IMG/VR virus record: IMGVR_UViG_3300031973_001557
Span: 8,416 to 72,415 of that record
Reading direction: 5' to 3' (one strand)
Origin: a virus
DNA: 64,000 nucleotides
The stretch's first letter is position 1; the number at the start of each line of letters is the position of its first letter. A program made the translations under genes and the position numbers. A model generated the notes under the pieces. That model saw only the letters and a list, made by a program, of their open reading frames with translations. It was not told where the DNA came from and searched no databases. Positions 31,208 to 41,375 of this stretch are shown piece by piece.

Positions 31208-31585
31208 ATGGGTAGATATACTAGTGTAAAAGTAATGAATGATAGGGATTATAAAAAAGAATTATATGTTAATCAAAAATATCCTATACCACCTTTAGAT
31301 CCTAATGATATATATGTTTATGCTAATGAAACTGATAGATATGATATATTTGCTGATAAATTTTACGGTGATTCTACGTTATGGTATATTATTTCTTTAG
31401 CTAATACTGAAAGTAATACCAATATGGCTTCTATATATCCACCAGTAGGTAAAAGAATTAGAATACCAATTGATTATGTTCAGTTTGAAAGTCTTTATAT
31501 GCAAGGAAATCGACGTAGAGTATTTACTCAAGGTCTTAATTATAAAAACTTTAATACTGGATATGTAAGAAATATTTATAATTAA
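31208..31585 (+). CDS. LysM-like baseplate protein (gp53 / tail X-like)
   Basis: TDRYDIFADKFYGDSTLWYIISLAN...GKRIRIP. Confidence 0.8.
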   Translation: MGRYTSVKVMNDRDYKKELYVNQKYPIPPLDPNDIYVYANETDRYDIFADKFYGDSTLWYIISLANTESNTNMASIYPPVGKRIRIPIDYVQFESLYMQGNRRRVFTQGLNYKNFNTGYVRNIYN

Positions 31586-31590
31586 ATCAA

Positions 31591-34500
31591 ATGCCACAAA
31601 GAACAGCTCATTCAGATAGTTTTAAGCATATAATTGGTCAAGGTTTTGCATTAGATGTACAAAAAGCATTAAATAATAAGCAAAGGTTAATGGCTATTAA
31701 AGGTGATGCTCATAATCAATATTTTAATAATAATAGTCCTTGGATAAAATTAGCATCATCAGTAAAAGTCCTTGCAGATAATAATGGAAAAAATAAACTT
31801 ATAAGCGCTGGCTTACCACCTAATACATTTTTAGGTAATAAACTAGCAACTAATTTTTATTTATTTTCTGAAATGAAAGCTGGTAGGGCTGAAAGAGAAA
31901 CAGTAACTGTTGGGGATCTTTATAATGCTACACCTTCATTAATTCAAAAAGGAGCTGAATTTTTACTAGGAGAGGACATAACAAATAAAATAAGTAATAG
32001 TGAGATAGGATTGTACTCACACGGTCCAACAACATTTTACAGTTCAGGTAAAAATGCAGGTATTGCTGGTAGACATGGAGGTAGCTTTACTAGTGCTTAT
32101 GGATTCGGAGATTTAGAGTTTGGTATTAGACCACTACCAGGTATAACAGATTTACAAATTGAAACATTAGGAAATAATGGTAGTTTAAGAAAAGCAACTC
32201 TAAAAATAAAAGCATTTAATAAAATGCAATTTAATATAATTGAATTATTATATTTAAGATTAGGATTTCATGTATTAGTTGAATTTGGAAATAGACTTTA
32301 TATAAAAAATAACTTATCGGTCGGTAATGTAGGTACGACTTTAATGGAACAAAAATGGTTTGGGGATGAAAACTTTGTAGATCTTAATGATCCTGGATTA
32401 ATAGGTATAGGTCAACAAATAGCACAATTAAATGAAGATATTGTAATCCAAGGTGCTAATTTAGAAAGAGCACAAAGTGAGTTTGATGCAGCCGAAAACT
32501 TGAGAAATGTAGCATCTGATGCAATAGATGAGTCATATAAAAAAGATTATGAAGCTGCCTTGAGATATGCACAGGAGGTTACTGCAGGAGAAGGACATTA
32601 TCGATTATTATATAATTATAAAGATTCTGATGAACAACGATCAGCCGATTTAATAGAGTACTTAGAAATGAGAGTTGAAATGATGAAAGAAAACGATTGG
32701 CGGGAAAGTTCAATTGAGTATACATCAAGACAACTCGAAGCAGCTCAAGAATATAATACCTTACTTGTACAGGAAAGGAAAAATGAAGAGGAAGCTAAAA
32801 TTGAAGCTGAAAAACTAGAAGAAGCACAAGAAGCAATAAATAATTTAAGTTCACAAATACAAGAATTACAAGAAGATATAGGAACTGAAATAAACGATTA
32901 TTTAGATGATCTTAATAAAGATATTAATAGTTTAAGAAAAACTTATAATTATGATTATGATGGATTTATTGGTAGAGTAACTAATTTTGATTGGAATATT
33001 GATACCAATGGAGTATATAATATTACAGTAGAAGTATTTAGTGCCGGTGACGTACTACAATCATTAACAGTTAATGGTAAAAATAGTATTGTAGGACCAT
33101 TTGAATCACAATCAGATTTAGATGGTAGTAATCCATTAAATGTAACCAAAGATAGTAGTGATCTTGTAACAGCTTTAAATAATTTAGCAACATTAGCTAG
33201 AGGATATACAGTACAAGATGAAGAAGAATTTGTAAGAAGTCAATTAAGTGCATATACATTAAGAGCCTTAACAGGAGATACTCAAGAAGGGGATCCAAGT
33301 GTAAATCTTGCTGAAGATACAACTCAAGGTTCTATCGAACAAGCTACTTTAATTGCAAAACAACCAGGCTTTTCTGGGAATAACTACATGAGCGGATATG
33401 CTAGTTTTGGCGGCACAGAGGCAAAAAGATCTCCTATATTGTATACTAATAGAATACAAACTATAATAAAAATTATTGGTGGAACTAGAGAAGAACAATT
33501 TGGGGAATTAGGCACTGCATCAGGAGGAGGCTTTTATACCACAGATCCAGGATTTGAAGTAGTAAAAGTAAAAAGTAACGGAAATGGAGTAGCATCTAAT
33601 TCATTTTATATTACTTTAAAATTTTATTTACAATTAATACAAGCAATTTGTTTACCAAAAAGTACACCACATGGTTCACTAGGAACCCCTTTCATACGTA
33701 TCTTAACTGAAAGAGGAAAATATTTATTTACTAGTCATAATATGTTGGCATCTAGTAAACCAAGTATATGTGTGGTTTCTACTGAATTTGATATTGGAAG
33801 TCTCTTAGATAGTGCAGGAGGTAAATTATTTGTTCCACCATCTTCACCTAGAGCATTATCAATATTAAGTGATAAAGGATCAGGAAAGAATTTTTTTGCT
33901 GATTATCGAGTAATAAAAGATGATGTAGTATATGGTGATATTATGAATATCTATCTTAATATGGATTTTTTAGCTAAATCACTATTAGAAGAAGATACTA
34001 ACGATCTTGGTAATGTAAATTTTTTACAACATATATCTAGAATTTGCAAAGGAATAAACGATTCATTTGGCAATACTACCCAAATAGATTTTAAAGTAGA
34101 TGAAGATAGAAATGTATGTTATTTTGTAGATAAAAAATCTTTACCAAATTTAAACGGATTATTATCAGAGGCAAATAAACCAACTAATCCATATATTTTT
34201 AATATAAACGGATTTGCTAATGCTCAAGGCTTAGGTCTTGTTGGTAATATAGTAAGAAATTTTAACTTAAAATCTACAATACCTCCTGATTTAGCTACAC
34301 TAATAACCGTAGGAGCTAATCAAGCAGGAAGTGGTGCTACAGGTGGATTTGATGGTACATCTTTTTCTAAATGGAATAGTGGATTAAGTGATAGAGTAGT
34401 ACCAACTCGATTTATAGAAGGATTTAATCCTACCACTGGTAATTTAGCTACTATACAAAAGCGTAATAAAATTTATATAGAATATTTATCAGCTTTAGAA

Positions 34501-35853
34501 AAACTATATAATGTTGAATTAGATGATGAAAAAGATGTTGATGTAACTGTATCATATAAAACTTTTTTATGGGCAGAATGGGGACACGAAGTATCTGCAA
34601 TTGATATTGATACTGATAAAAATATTTACCAAGGAGTAAATTTAAACGTAGAAGCAGGTGTATCAGATATACAAAGAAGTGCTTTAGGAACTGCTTATGC
34701 TAAGATGGCTTTAGATGGACAAGTAGCTGCACCACTAGCTGGGTTTTTACCTATAGATTTAGCTTTAACTTTTAATGGAACTTCAGGTATGAAAATATTT
34801 GAAACTTATACTGTACCAGCTAAATTTCTCCCTGCCACATATCCTAATGTATTAAATTTTATAGCAAAAAAAATTACCCATAGTATTAACGATAAAGGAT
34901 GGTTAACTAAATTAAATAGCTTTAGTATACCAGTACCTCCAGATTCTGAAACTGCTAGAACATTTTTATCTAATCCTGGTAATTTAAGTTTAAATTATAA
35001 AGATTTTAATAATAATTCTTCTCCTACACCTCAGGGTGAATATAGCTCAACAACATCTAATACTACTGATAGGACTAGAGTTACTCGCGATAGAGCAAAT
35101 AAAGGAGGAAGAATTGGATATACCGACTATACTTTACCTGATATATTTGTTTTTCCTATTGGAGGTATAAAATGGAATATAGGATATGATGCATTTGAAA
35201 AAATATATAGAAACGATACATCAGTAGTAGATCGAAGTCAGCCTGCATGGATTGGTCCTGCTGATATGCAACCAACTAAAATTAAGCATGTAAGTGATTT
35301 TCATATTGGAGGAGGCGATGCATCCCATAGAGCACATGGAGGTCATTTTGGAATAGATATATTTTGCCCTATAGGATCTGATGCTCCATTAGTAGCTTGC
35401 TCTCCTGGTAAAATTGTAGAAACTGGTTATAGTGGTGGGCCTGGTAATTATGTTAAACTAGTAGAACCTGATACTAATATTTGTTATTTTTATATGCATT
35501 TAGAGGAACCATGCAAATTGGCTGTTGGTACACAAGTTGAAGCAGGTGATTTTTTAGGAAATGCAGGAAAAAGCGGATCTGCTGGAGGAGGATATGCTCA
35601 CTTACATTTTAATGTACAAGTAGGAGCGGATGGGTATCATAGCAGATCTATTAATTCATTTTATTGGTTATTAATGTTAGATAAAAGAATACGTAAATTA
35701 AATTTACAAGTCGATAAAACTATGCTACAAAGTCAGATTGATGATAATAAAGATAAATTATTAGCTAGAAATAAAAGATTAACTGATAAAGGTATGTATT
35801 GGTTTAAATATATATCACCCTTGGAGATACCGTCTAATTATAATGCCGCATAA
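31591..35853 (+). CDS. baseplate hub-like protein with C-terminal M23 peptidase (virion-associated lysin)
   Basis: N-terminal RPLPGI / GSLRKAT / YLRLG...EFG and G.VTNFDW hub motifs; C-terminal HFGIDIF, GNYVKL, YMHL, HLHF. Confidence 0.75.
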   Translation: MPQRTAHSDSFKHIIGQGFALDVQKALNNKQRLMAIKGDAHNQYFNNNSPWIKLASSVKVLADNNGKNKLISAGLPPNTFLGNKLATNFYLFSEMKAGRAERETVTVGDLYNATPSLIQKGAEFLLGEDITNKISNSEIGLYSHGPTTFYSSGKNAGIAGRHGGSFTSAYGFGDLEFGIRPLPGITDLQIETLGNNGSLRKATLKIKAFNKMQFNIIELLYLRLGFHVLVEFGNRLYIKNNLSVGNVGTTLMEQKWFGDENFVDLNDPGLIGIGQQIAQLNEDIVIQGANLERAQSEFDAAENLRNVASDAIDESYKKDYEAALRYAQEVTAGEGHYRLLYNYKDSDEQRSADLIEYLEMRVEMMKENDWRESSIEYTSRQLEAAQEYNTLLVQERKNEEEAKIEAEKLEEAQEAINNLSSQIQELQEDIGTEINDYLDDLNKDINSLRKTYNYDYDGFIGRVTNFDWNIDTNGVYNITVEVFSAGDVLQSLTVNGKNSIVGPFESQSDLDGSNPLNVTKDSSDLVTALNNLATLARGYTVQDEEEFVRSQLSAYTLRALTGDTQEGDPSVNLAEDTTQGSIEQATLIAKQPGFSGNNYMSGYASFGGTEAKRSPILYTNRIQTIIKIIGGTREEQFGELGTASGGGFYTTDPGFEVVKVKSNGNGVASNSFYITLKFYLQLIQAICLPKSTPHGSLGTPFIRILTERGKYLFTSHNMLASSKPSICVVSTEFDIGSLLDSAGGKLFVPPSSPRALSILSDKGSGKNFFADYRVIKDDVVYGDIMNIYLNMDFLAKSLLEEDTNDLGNVNFLQHISRICKGINDSFGNTTQIDFKVDEDRNVCYFVDKKSLPNLNGLLSEANKPTNPYIFNINGFANAQGLGLVGNIVRNFNLKSTIPPDLATLITVGANQAGSGATGGFDGTSFSKWNSGLSDRVVPTRFIEGFNPTTGNLATIQKRNKIYIEYLSALEKLYNVELDDEKDVDVTVSYKTFLWAEWGHEVSAIDIDTDKNIYQGVNLNVEAGVSDIQRSALGTAYAKMALDGQVAAPLAGFLPIDLALTFNGTSGMKIFETYTVPAKFLPATYPNVLNFIAKKITHSINDKGWLTKLNSFSIPVPPDSETARTFLSNPGNLSLNYKDFNNNSSPTPQGEYSSTTSNTTDRTRVTRDRANKGGRIGYTDYTLPDIFVFPIGGIKWNIGYDAFEKIYRNDTSVVDRSQPAWIGPADMQPTKIKHVSDFHIGGGDASHRAHGGHFGIDIFCPIGSDAPLVACSPGKIVETGYSGGPGNYVKLVEPDTNICYFYMHLEEPCKLAVGTQVEAGDFLGNAGKSGSAGGGYAHLHFNVQVGADGYHSRSINSFYWLLMLDKRIRKLNLQVDKTMLQSQIDDNKDKLLARNKRLTDKGMYWFKYISPLEIPSNYNAA

Positions 35854-35863
35854 CTAAAAAAAT

Positions 35864-36580
35864 ATGAGTCAACAAATTATTTCATATGGCAGCATTGAAG
35901 AGCAAAATGATTATTACTATGTTAATAATAATAGTAATGATTATTTTTGTATAGCTTTTAGCGATTATAATACTAAAGCTGTTCGATATTATAATGAATT
36001 TATAAAAAAGTATAATAATTTACCAAAGGATAAAGATGCTAGTATACAACATTTTAATACTATTCAAAATTGGTTAGTATTAAATTATAATTATGCTTCT
36101 AACGGAAGCTTTTCAAACGTGCTTAAACAAATTAATAAAAGAGCACAAATATTATTATTATTTGGATGGGGTAGAGGAGCAAAAAATTTATGGAAATATT
36201 TATTGTTAAATAAATTACCAATACTATTATTAGATCCAGAATTAAATGAACAAGATTTAGAATATTATAAATCAATGTCTAATAAGCAAAGAAATATGAC
36301 TATTATTAATTGTAATAGTGATAATTGGAATAATAATAAACAAATACAAAGACAATTAAGAATATTAGAAAATAATTATCAAAATTTTGATAATTCCTTA
36401 ATAAAACAGCCCAATAATAACGGCCTATCAGCAACTCATAATTTAATCGGTCAACCATTATTTAATAATAATATAATCATAAAAGCTTATGATGCTGTAT
36501 TGAATACATCTTACTATAGAGATAAAGTAAAAATTTATGATCTACAAGAAGATAGATATATAAGAAGATATAATATTTAA
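35864..36580 (+). CDS. hypothetical protein
   Basis: 238-aa Asn-rich ORF with tight spacing; no motif recognised. Confidence 0.5.
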   Translation: MSQQIISYGSIEEQNDYYYVNNNSNDYFCIAFSDYNTKAVRYYNEFIKKYNNLPKDKDASIQHFNTIQNWLVLNYNYASNGSFSNVLKQINKRAQILLLFGWGRGAKNLWKYLLLNKLPILLLDPELNEQDLEYYKSMSNKQRNMTIINCNSDNWNNNKQIQRQLRILENNYQNFDNSLIKQPNNNGLSATHNLIGQPLFNNNIIIKAYDAVLNTSYYRDKVKIYDLQEDRYIRRYNI

Positions 36581-36581
36581 A

Positions 36582-37652
36582 ATGAGATTACCAAAAAGTA
36601 TAATAGAAGAAAATTTGCATACTAAAAACTTTGCTCCTTTATATACTGGAGCAGGGGAAAGATATCAAGGTCCTGTATTTAGACTTATTACAGGTGAATT
36701 ATTTACTGGGGCTACTGTAGAAAATACAACCGCAAAATTATACTATAAAGATGGTGGATTACTTACAACCTCAGCAAAAGCTCCTAAAGATGATTTTCCA
36801 CATGGTAAAACACAATATCTATTCACGGAACGTAATAATGAAGAATATTTTGCAAGTAAAAAAAGTACTAATAAAGGTGGATTTATAAAAGATTATATTG
36901 ATAATGAAGTATTTATTCCACATGAAAACACTTCTTCTCCTACATCATATGATTATTTAAAAGGTAATATGATAAGATTTATAGCTAAAAGTAATTATAA
37001 TAACATATATTATTTTACTACATTAGATTCTTATAAAACATTTAAAAGTGAATTACAATCAAATAATAGAAAATATTTAAGCTTATTTAATATAAAAAAT
37101 ACTATATGGTATATAAGAGCTAATTCTAGAGAAGATGTAATAAAAATAAATGAATACTATACTAATGAGCTAAAGAAAAATATATCTTTTAGAGATATAA
37201 ATAGATATATTAATGATACTAATTATGATGAATTCTATAGAGATAAAAATGAACAATTATACACAGCAGGTAACGAACTAATATATGATAATGGTTTAAA
37301 TTATAGAGGCCTTTATCATATACATCCTGATAAGGGTCCTATGGAAGGACCTATTCATACTTCAAATAGACATAAACAACTTTTTATTAAAAATAGAAAA
37401 GGTAGCTTAGAAGCAGGAATTCAAAATTTAGCTAATGTTAAAGCATTAAATAAAATTTTAAAATTTTTAACTATTAATAATATAGGAGGTAAAAGTGGAA
37501 GCAGTCCCTCTACACAACAACTTATAGATAGTTATAGATCTCAAGAACAACAATTAAATACTCCAGTAACACCAGCACCACAAATAACTCAACCAGCTCC
37601 CCCACCTGCTGGAGGCGGAGGAGGATCTTACAGTGGAGGAGGTGGTTATTAG
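36582..37652 (+). CDS. hypothetical (baseplate-region) protein
   Basis: Two related motifs (NLHT...YQGP and QLYTAG...YRGLYH); Pro/Gly-rich C-terminus. Confidence 0.55.
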   Translation: MRLPKSIIEENLHTKNFAPLYTGAGERYQGPVFRLITGELFTGATVENTTAKLYYKDGGLLTTSAKAPKDDFPHGKTQYLFTERNNEEYFASKKSTNKGGFIKDYIDNEVFIPHENTSSPTSYDYLKGNMIRFIAKSNYNNIYYFTTLDSYKTFKSELQSNNRKYLSLFNIKNTIWYIRANSREDVIKINEYYTNELKKNISFRDINRYINDTNYDEFYRDKNEQLYTAGNELIYDNGLNYRGLYHIHPDKGPMEGPIHTSNRHKQLFIKNRKGSLEAGIQNLANVKALNKILKFLTINNIGGKSGSSPSTQQLIDSYRSQEQQLNTPVTPAPQITQPAPPPAGGGGGSYSGGGGY

Positions 37653-37660
37653 AGATATTT

Positions 37661-37672
37661 TTCGTATCTTTA
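37661..37672 (+). promoter_or_regulatory. putative early/middle promoter TTCGTATCTTTA (Bacteroidota -7-like)
   Basis: Related copies at 38865, 47496, 50852, 54222 and 59311, all before non-structural genes; resembles the TAnnTTTG -7 element. Confidence 0.6.
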
Positions 37673-37675
37673 AGT

Positions 37676-38932
37676 ATGTACTGGTTAATAGAGAATAAAA
37701 AACAGTTTAATACTTTTAAAAATATAGTAAAAGATAATCTCTATATTGAAATAATACCTGACTTTTTTAATGAGCATCCCTGTCAACAAAATATTGTTGG
37801 ATATTATATTAGACCTATTACTGATAAAAAAGGATATATTTTACCTATAAATCATTACGAAACTGGTAATTTATTACAAAAAAATATTATTGATTTTCTT
37901 AAAGGAATATCTAAGTTTTACTGTTATGATAAAAAGAAACTATTACATAACTTTAAACATAGAAATCTATTTGATATACAAATAAATTACAAAGAATTAC
38001 AAATAGATTATCCATTAATTATACAAGATTTTCAAAGGAGAAAAATATCTAACTCAAACTGCTCTATAGTAAAGATATATGAGTACTACGAAGCTAAGTA
38101 TGAGGAGATTAGTGAGCATATTGATAATGATTATAATTCATTTTATAATAATAAAGTACCTCTAGTATTCTCAGTTATTGAGTCAAGTGGTATAAAAATA
38201 AATAAACAGTTATTTGAAAAACATTTTTATGAAAACGAAGAAGATTTTGTTTTTACTCAGTATAACTATACTACTATAACTACTCGACCATCTAATACAT
38301 TTAAGAAAGTAAATTATGCAGCTCTAAATAAAGATAATGGCAGTAGGAGTTGTTTTATACCAAGAAATGATTATTTTGTAGAAATAGATGTTTCATCTTA
38401 TCATATACTTCTACTGTGTCAGTTACTTAAATATGAATTTGAGGTAGAAGATATACATGAATATTTTGCATCTGTATATCAAACATCGTATGATAAAGCA
38501 AAACAATTAACTTTTCAACAAATATATGGAGGAATAAAATCTGAATACGAACATATACCTTTCTTTCAGAAAGTAAAAAACTATTCAAATAATCTATGGT
38601 CTGAATTTAATTCAAAAGGTTATATAGAATGCCCAATATCTAATTATAAATTTTCAAAGAAAGATCATCCGCAAATGAATTCATTAAAATTAATGAATTA
38701 TTTATTGCAAAATTTGGAAACTTCAAATAATGTTCTTATCTTATATGATATCTTGAAACTATTGCGAGGTAAACAAACTAAGGTTGTTTTATATACCTAT
38801 GATAGTATATTATTAGATGTAGATAAAAAAGAAGAGAAAATAGTAGAGAAAATTAAAGAAGTTTTTCGTATTTTTAATCTTAAAATAAAATGTAAAAATG
38901 GTAAAAATTATGGTAATCTTGTAAAATGTTAA
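37676..38932 (+). CDS. miniature family A DNA polymerase-like protein
   Basis: TITTRPSN (TxTGRxS), motif A EIDVSSYH, motif B AKQLTFQQIYG, NYLLQ, motif C-like LYTYDSILLD. Confidence 0.75.
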   Translation: MYWLIENKKQFNTFKNIVKDNLYIEIIPDFFNEHPCQQNIVGYYIRPITDKKGYILPINHYETGNLLQKNIIDFLKGISKFYCYDKKKLLHNFKHRNLFDIQINYKELQIDYPLIIQDFQRRKISNSNCSIVKIYEYYEAKYEEISEHIDNDYNSFYNNKVPLVFSVIESSGIKINKQLFEKHFYENEEDFVFTQYNYTTITTRPSNTFKKVNYAALNKDNGSRSCFIPRNDYFVEIDVSSYHILLLCQLLKYEFEVEDIHEYFASVYQTSYDKAKQLTFQQIYGGIKSEYEHIPFFQKVKNYSNNLWSEFNSKGYIECPISNYKFSKKDHPQMNSLKLMNYLLQNLETSNNVLILYDILKLLRGKQTKVVLYTYDSILLDVDKKEEKIVEKIKEVFRIFNLKIKCKNGKNYGNLVKC

Positions 38933-38936
38933 AGTT

Positions 38937-39404
38937 ATGGAGGAGAATTTAGTTATGGAGTCGCAAGTTGATATTTATAATCGATATGATTATGATAAAA
39001 TCAACAGCGAAGTAGACGTGAATAATAAATTATTTTGTACATTCGTTACTCTTGAGGAATTAGAAGGAAAATTGAAAGATATTACTTCTGAGTATGAAAT
39101 TAAGTACAACAAGTTATTTGTATTATCTGTAGAAGATAGTGAAGAATATGTTATTACATATAATGTAGAAAATGCAAATATTAGTGCAATTCCTCACAAT
39201 ACTATTTTAGTGCATAGAAAAAAACATACAAATACTTTGTATACGATTAATGCATTAAATGAATTAATTAAAAAATTAAATGGTGGAGTAGTCGATACTA
39301 AATTTCCTATTGAATGGAACCACTATAGAAATACCATCATGCTAACTCAACAAGGTGGTTTAAAAATGTTAAAGACAAAAATATATCAAATAATCGAGTT
39401 ATAA
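38937..39404 (+). CDS. conserved hypothetical protein
   Basis: NNKLFCTF...ILVHRKKHTNTLYTINALN; lies between the PolA-like gene and SSB. Start uncertain. Confidence 0.6.
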   Translation: MEENLVMESQVDIYNRYDYDKINSEVDVNNKLFCTFVTLEELEGKLKDITSEYEIKYNKLFVLSVEDSEEYVITYNVENANISAIPHNTILVHRKKHTNTLYTINALNELIKKLNGGVVDTKFPIEWNHYRNTIMLTQQGGLKMLKTKIYQIIEL

Positions 39405-39434
39405 TAAATTGTTTCATCTTAAAAAGTTTTAAAA

Positions 39435-40280
39435 ATGGATTTAAACGCAATTCGTCAGAAACTGCAGTCTATGCAGAATCAAGGTAATGGTCAAGCCAAT
39501 AATAATAATCGACCAAATTATTTCTGGAAACCTTCTGAAGGTAATTCCAAAGTTAGGATTCTTCCATCAGCATTTAATGCCGCATCACCATTCTCAGAAA
39601 TGAAAATGTATTATGGTATTGGATCTAAAATGATGGTATCACCATTAAACTGGGGAGAGAAAGATCCTATTGCTGAATTTGTAAAGCAGCTTCGTCAATC
39701 TAATAACTCTGAACATTGGAGATTAGCTAAAACTTTAGATCCTAAAGTTCGTATCTATGCTCCTGTAATCGTTCGAGGAGAAGAAAATGAAGGAGTTAAG
39801 CTATGGGGATTCGGTAAAATGGTATATGAATCTCTTCTACAATTAATCTTAGATGAAGAGGTAGGTGATTATACTGATGCATATAATGGTCGTGATATTA
39901 AAATTAATGTAGTACGTGATCCTAATGGAGGATATCCTAAAACTACTGTACAACCTTCTATGAATCAGTCACCTGTTCATGAAGATGCTAAATTAGCAGA
40001 AGAGTTTTTACGTACTCAACCTAACCCATTAGAAGTATTCAAACCACTTCCATTTGATACTATGAAGTTAAATCTTCAGAATTATATTAATCCGGACGGA
40101 GGAGACACAGAAGCCGATACTGTAGCTACACCAAGCAATGTAACTACAACAGCTCAACCATCAGCTTTTCCACCTCCACCACCTTCTAATCATTCAGAAC
40201 CACCTGCCGTAAAGAAAAGTAAAGCAGATATGTTTGATGATTTATTTGAAGAAGAGTCTAAAGAAGAAGCTCCGTTTTAA
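39435..40280 (+). CDS. single-stranded DNA-binding protein (gp32-like)
   Basis: FWKP...VRILP, GVKLWGFGK, GDYTD..GRDI; acidic C-terminal tail ending DDLFEEESKEEAPF. Confidence 0.8.
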   Translation: MDLNAIRQKLQSMQNQGNGQANNNNRPNYFWKPSEGNSKVRILPSAFNAASPFSEMKMYYGIGSKMMVSPLNWGEKDPIAEFVKQLRQSNNSEHWRLAKTLDPKVRIYAPVIVRGEENEGVKLWGFGKMVYESLLQLILDEEVGDYTDAYNGRDIKINVVRDPNGGYPKTTVQPSMNQSPVHEDAKLAEEFLRTQPNPLEVFKPLPFDTMKLNLQNYINPDGGDTEADTVATPSNVTTTAQPSAFPPPPPSNHSEPPAVKKSKADMFDDLFEEESKEEAPF

Positions 40281-40296
40281 TTAATAATAGTATTTT

Positions 40297-41370
40297 ATGG
40301 CAAAAAGTAAAAAGTCTTTGTCCGAGGCCGTGTCTTCGGAGATCAAGTCGAAATTTGATTTAGGTAAGTTTAAACAAAAGAAAGGATTAGCAGGAAATGT
40401 AAAGTTTAAAGAACAACAATGGATTCCTCTATCTGATGCTTACCAAGATATACTATCAGTACCTGGTATACCAATGGGACATATCGTTCTACTAAGAGGG
40501 CATTCCGATACTGGTAAAACAACAGCTCTACTCGAAGCAGCTGTATCAGCTCAAAAGCGAGGTATACTTCCTGTTATTATCGTAACAGAAATGAAATGGA
40601 ACTGGGAGCATGCTATGCAAATGGGACTAGAAGTAGAAACTGAAGTAGATGAAGAAACTGGTGAAGTAGTTGGTTACTCTGGAAACTTTATCTATGTTGA
40701 TAGAGAAACTCTAAATACTATTGAAGATGTAGCTGCATTCATTATGGATATTATCGATGAGCAGTCTAATGGTAACTTACCTTATGATCTTCTTTTCCTA
40801 TGGGATTCTATCGGAAGTATTCCTTGCGATCTTTCAGTACGCTCTAATAAGAATAATAACGAATGGAATGCAGGAGCAATGTCAACTCAATTTGCAAATA
40901 ATGTAAATCAGAAAATTGTTCTATCTCGTAAAGAGTCATCTAAATTTACTAATACTTTAGTTTGTATTAATAAGGTATGGGCTATGAAGCCGGAATCACC
41001 AATGGGTCAACCTAAGCTTATGAATAAAGGAGGTTACTCGATGTGGTATGATGCAACATTCGTAGTTACTTTCGGTAATATTATGTCTGCTGGTACTTCT
41101 AAGATTAAAGCAATTAAAGATGGTAAGCAAGTAGAATTTGCTAAACGAGTAAACGTTCAGGTAGAAAAGAATCATATTAATGGTGTAACTACAAGAGGAA
41201 GAATTATTATGACTCCTCATGGATTTATCAAAGATACTCCTACAGCTCTAAATAACTATAAAAAAGCTAGAGCTCAAGAATGGTCTGATATTATGGGAGG
41301 TTCTACTTTTAATATCGTAGAAGAAGAGCACGATCTAACTGATATCTCAACTTACACACAAGAACCCTGA
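40297..41370 (+). CDS. RecA/UvsX-like recombinase
   Basis: GIPMGHIVLLRGHSDTGKTT Walker A, FLWDSIGS Walker B, INKVW, KGG, VEKNH. Confidence 0.85.
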   Translation: MAKSKKSLSEAVSSEIKSKFDLGKFKQKKGLAGNVKFKEQQWIPLSDAYQDILSVPGIPMGHIVLLRGHSDTGKTTALLEAAVSAQKRGILPVIIVTEMKWNWEHAMQMGLEVETEVDEETGEVVGYSGNFIYVDRETLNTIEDVAAFIMDIIDEQSNGNLPYDLLFLWDSIGSIPCDLSVRSNKNNNEWNAGAMSTQFANNVNQKIVLSRKESSKFTNTLVCINKVWAMKPESPMGQPKLMNKGGYSMWYDATFVVTFGNIMSAGTSKIKAIKDGKQVEFAKRVNVQVEKNHINGVTTRGRIIMTPHGFIKDTPTALNNYKKARAQEWSDIMGGSTFNIVEEEHDLTDISTYTQEP

Positions 41371-41375
41371 ATTAC

